DNA of 27,987 nt. It comes from a virus. Its lineage: Duplodnaviria > Caudoviricetes. Each line of letters opens with the position of its first letter. The first letter of the stretch is position 1. This document shows, in pieces, positions 25,888 to 27,987 of the stretch. Where the stretch lies: positions 1 to 27,987 of the IMG/VR virus record IMGVR_UViG_3300032125_000016. The stretch is one strand, 5' to 3'. The position numbers were made by a program, and so were the translations under genes. The notes beneath the pieces were generated by a model, which had not been told where the DNA came from, did not search any database, and worked only from the letters and a program-made list of their open reading frames with translations.

Positions 25888-25933
25888 CATGGGGTGCAAG
25901 GGGTCGTAGGTTCAAATCCTACCGTCCCGACCA
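25888..25933 (+). other. attP core: 3' part of tRNA-Pro(GGG), not a full tRNA
   Basis: C-ATGGGGT-GCAAG-GGGTC-GTAGGTTCAAATCCTAC-CGTCCCG-ACCA gives anticodon loop, T arm, acceptor strand and CCA; no D arm or 5' acceptor strand upstream; adjacent to the integrase 3' end. Confidence 0.9.
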
Positions 25934-25946
25934 TATTTATCAATTG

Positions 25947-25978
25947 AGGCAGACACTTACGAGTGATCTGCCTTTTTT
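25947..25978 (+). terminator. intrinsic terminator after the att core
   Basis: AGGCAGA-CACT-TACG-AGTG-A-TCTGCCT followed by TTTTT; would terminate the reconstituted host tRNA after integration. Confidence 0.75.
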
Positions 25979-25987
25979 GCTTTTGGG

Positions 25988-26020
25988 CCATCCAAAACAA
26001 ATCCAATATAAATCCAAAAC
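25988..26020 (+). repeat. three 11-bp direct repeats, probable integrase arm-type sites
   Basis: CCATCCAAAAC / AAATCCAATAT / AAATCCAAAAC; a matching ATCCAAAA lies on the other arm at 25771-25778. Confidence 0.7.
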
Positions 26021-26023
26021 CCA

Positions 26024-27100
26024 CTACTCTGCCGACACCTCAACCCATCGAATCTCATCGTGCCCGCTGTCGTAATTGCTGGTCATTTTCGCTGTTGCGT
26101 GGCCGGCCAGCTGCTGCGGATCTTGCCCGCTATCTTTGTAGCGCTTGATACCCAGGGCGCGGATCTCGTGAAATGTGGGTCGCTCGCTGTCCGGCACACC
26201 ATCAAATAACTCCAGCCCGTCCCGCGCTTCGGCAAACGCCCTGGTAATCATCTGCGGTTTAACCTGGGTCCAGTGCTGCATGCCTGCTCGGTCTTTAATC
26301 TTGCGCTGCGGTCGCCGGTGAACCAAGTACGGGCTGACCAGATCGGCCTTGCAGCGTTGAATCACTTTTCCAAGCTTTGGCCCAACGGCAATGGCCAAGT
26401 AACCGGTGTTGTACTTTTCTGTTTTTTCCTGCACCACCAACAACCGGCCACCTTGCACATCTGCAAACTTCATTCGGGCAACGTCACCGCGTCGCTGCAG
26501 CGTAATAAGCGCCAAGTCCATGGCGTTCTTCGCCCATGCCGGGCATTGATCGTGTATCGCGTTGTACTGTGCTTGCGTGAGCCTCTTGCGGGATTTTTTC
26601 TCCCGCCGCTTAAGTGTGGCCTCGGCGGGGTTGTCTGGCCTCAGCCCGCGGCTGATGGCAACTTTGAAAAGGTCAGCCGCCACTTGTCTAACCTGATTAG
26701 CCGTTCGAGCCGTGTGATGTTCGAGCAGCTTCGCCACGTCCTGCACATCCACATCGGCAACCGCGTTATCGCCCAAAGCCGCGTTCAACTTGCGGATCTG
26801 CACTTCGTACATCTGCAAAGTACTAGGCTTGTACTCACGCTCGGGAGCGATGTTATCCATAAACCATTCCGCGTGCTGGCGGATCGTCACATGCCCGAGA
26901 ATCTTGGCCACAAAATCGCTGTCAGGTATCAGTAGAGCATTAAGCTCTTTAGCGTCTGCGATAGCTTGCACCCTGCTGACGCCCAAGCCGTGAAACTTAC
27001 CTGTAACTGGGTGGCGATACTGGTACGACTTTCCGCCATTGGCCGGATAAAGGTTTGCCGGCAAAGGTTTGTTTGCTATTTTTCGTGGCCGGGGGCTCAT
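26024..27100 (-). CDS. int: tyrosine integrase, lambda-like with N-terminal arm-binding domain
   Basis: LPANLY...YQYRHP.TGK..GLG; catalytic QRRGD (R), QEKT (K), FHEIRAL (HxxR), LAGH (H), MTSNY (Y). Confidence 0.96.
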   Translation of the reverse strand: MSPRPRKIANKPLPANLYPANGGKSYQYRHPVTGKFHGLGVSRVQAIADAKELNALLIPDSDFVAKILGHVTIRQHAEWFMDNIAPEREYKPSTLQMYEVQIRKLNAALGDNAVADVDVQDVAKLLEHHTARTANQVRQVAADLFKVAISRGLRPDNPAEATLKRREKKSRKRLTQAQYNAIHDQCPAWAKNAMDLALITLQRRGDVARMKFADVQGGRLLVVQEKTEKYNTGYLAIAVGPKLGKVIQRCKADLVSPYLVHRRPQRKIKDRAGMQHWTQVKPQMITRAFAEARDGLELFDGVPDSERPTFHEIRALGIKRYKDSGQDPQQLAGHATAKMTSNYDSGHDEIRWVEVSAE

Positions 27101-27291
27101 GCTGCAAGTATCCGATTAACAAGTGGGCTTTTTGACACCTTGATCTTATCGAGATCGATATAATAAATGGAGCCCCACTTTTGCCCTGGCAGATCGCCTT
27201 CATCTATGAGCTTTTTGAGTGTTTTCATATCGGGCTCGCTGCCTTTTTCAAAATAGCGTGTCCGGAACTGGGTTGCCTTTATCAGCTTCAT
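27097..27291 (-). CDS. xis: excisionase / recombination directionality factor
   Basis: 64 aa, basic, winged-helix pattern P...TL.K.I..G.LPG.K.G..YYID; ATGA overlap with int. Confidence 0.8.
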   Translation of the reverse strand: MKLIKATQFRTRYFEKGSEPDMKTLKKLIDEGDLPGQKWGSIYYIDLDKIKVSKSPLVNRILAA

Positions 27292-27407
27292 CCCCTCGCC
27301 CTCCGCTTAAAATACCAAACCCCATTCTCAAGCCGGATCTTCACGCCCTGCTCAAGCAACGCCCGAGCCTTGCGGGCATTGCAGCGATACCATGCGCGCT
27401 TACTCAT
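27288..27407 (-). CDS. small basic hypothetical protein (39 aa)
   Basis: MSKRAWYRCNARKARALLEQGVKIRLENGVWYFKRRARG; ATG at 27407, stop overlaps the xis start. Confidence 0.55.
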   Translation of the reverse strand: MSKRAWYRCNARKARALLEQGVKIRLENGVWYFKRRARG

Positions 27408-27600
27408 TGCTGCCCCACCCATCATCAGAACCGGAAAACCGCAGGACGTGCCCCGCAGAAAGTGCACGAGAGTGGGCGCACTCAATACACAGCAGCCCGC
27501 CAAACCCGTCCTGCTTTGGCTTTATCTTCTGCCAAACATGCTCCGGAACCCAATAGATGGCCTCATATTCTGCGCTGCAGCTATCGCATTTTTCACTCAT
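27400..27600 (-). CDS. small zinc-binding hypothetical protein
   Basis: GGAGG RBS before ATG at 27600; CDSC...VP..VW..I...LLCIEC. Confidence 0.65.
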   Translation of the reverse strand: MSEKCDSCSAEYEAIYWVPEHVWQKIKPKQDGFGGLLCIECAHSRALSAGHVLRFSGSDDGWGSNE

Positions 27601-27985
27601 CACCACCTCCCGCCTTGCGCAACTCGACCAACTCACTCACACCTTCCGACATACGAGCGGATACGCACTGATGCAGCGACTCATCATCTGACGCCTGGCC
27701 CCACGAGAAACCCTGCTTAGCCCCGTTGGCGTAATGCAGGTCGCACATCGCATCTTCTCTGTGCTCAAGCTCAGCCACCCGCGCCCGACTCCGATCGAGT
27801 TCTTGCACGGTCCTGTTGAGCCAGATAGACATCTCTTTAACACGCCTAACTGTCAGGTGATCCTCCCTTAAAGGCTCACCAGTCCACCCAGCAACATGAG
27901 CAGTGACACGATGAATCTCTAGTAAGTCAGCATGCACTGACTGTAGCCGCGCCTGGGCCTGCTCAAGCTGACCCTTTAGCTGATA
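27593..27985 (-). CDS. coiled-coil early protein, 5'-truncated by the window edge
   Basis: Frame stays open from the right edge (YQLKGQLEQAQARLQSVHADLLE...); its stop overlaps the next start. Confidence 0.6.
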   Translation of the reverse strand, partial: YQLKGQLEQAQARLQSVHADLLEIHRVTAHVAGWTGEPLREDHLTVRRVKEMSIWLNRTVQELDRSRARVAELEHREDAMCDLHYANGAKQGFSWGQASDDESLHQCVSARMSEGVSELVELRKAGGGDE

Positions 27986-27987
27986 AA

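Noticed and set aside
25860-25933. Complete tRNA-Pro gene
   Set aside because: No 5' acceptor strand or D arm, and an A-C mismatch in the anticodon stem at 25887; it is an att core.
26273-27720. Plus-strand ORFs 26273-26935, 27181-27720 and 27219-27671
   Set aside because: They overlap int, xis and coupled early genes on the opposite strand and show no recognisable motifs.

Overview
The whole window is a temperate lambdoid siphovirus of a Gammaproteobacterial host, with an HK97-type head and a long non-contractile tail. Gene order on + is: end of the delayed-early region (Zn finger, DUF1364, DUF5664), a Q-like antiterminator, a pR'/tR'-like late promoter and terminator, a GH108 lysis cassette, a six-gene accessory fibre/adhesin-like module (3756-8016), HNH, the probable cos region, terminase, portal, ClpP protease, capsid, neck and tail genes. 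The tail block includes a moron and a -1 frameshifted chaperone. An intact attP with a tRNA-Pro(GGG) 3' half follows, then int, xis and early genes on the - strand. The most unusual signals are three. (1) In the accessory module one fibronectin-III domain is split between two separately translated proteins; the module also has a secreted FN3 protein with its first strand moved to the C-terminus, a variable-face 21-aa LRR array and a 22-aa repeat stalk. (2) Two att-arm architectures lie in tandem, a probable relic aimed at tRNA-Val(GAC) before the active tRNA-Pro core. (3) A moron's RBS is locked in a perfect 14-bp hairpin unless it is transcribed from its own promoter. All family assignments are motif recognition by eye; no searches were run.
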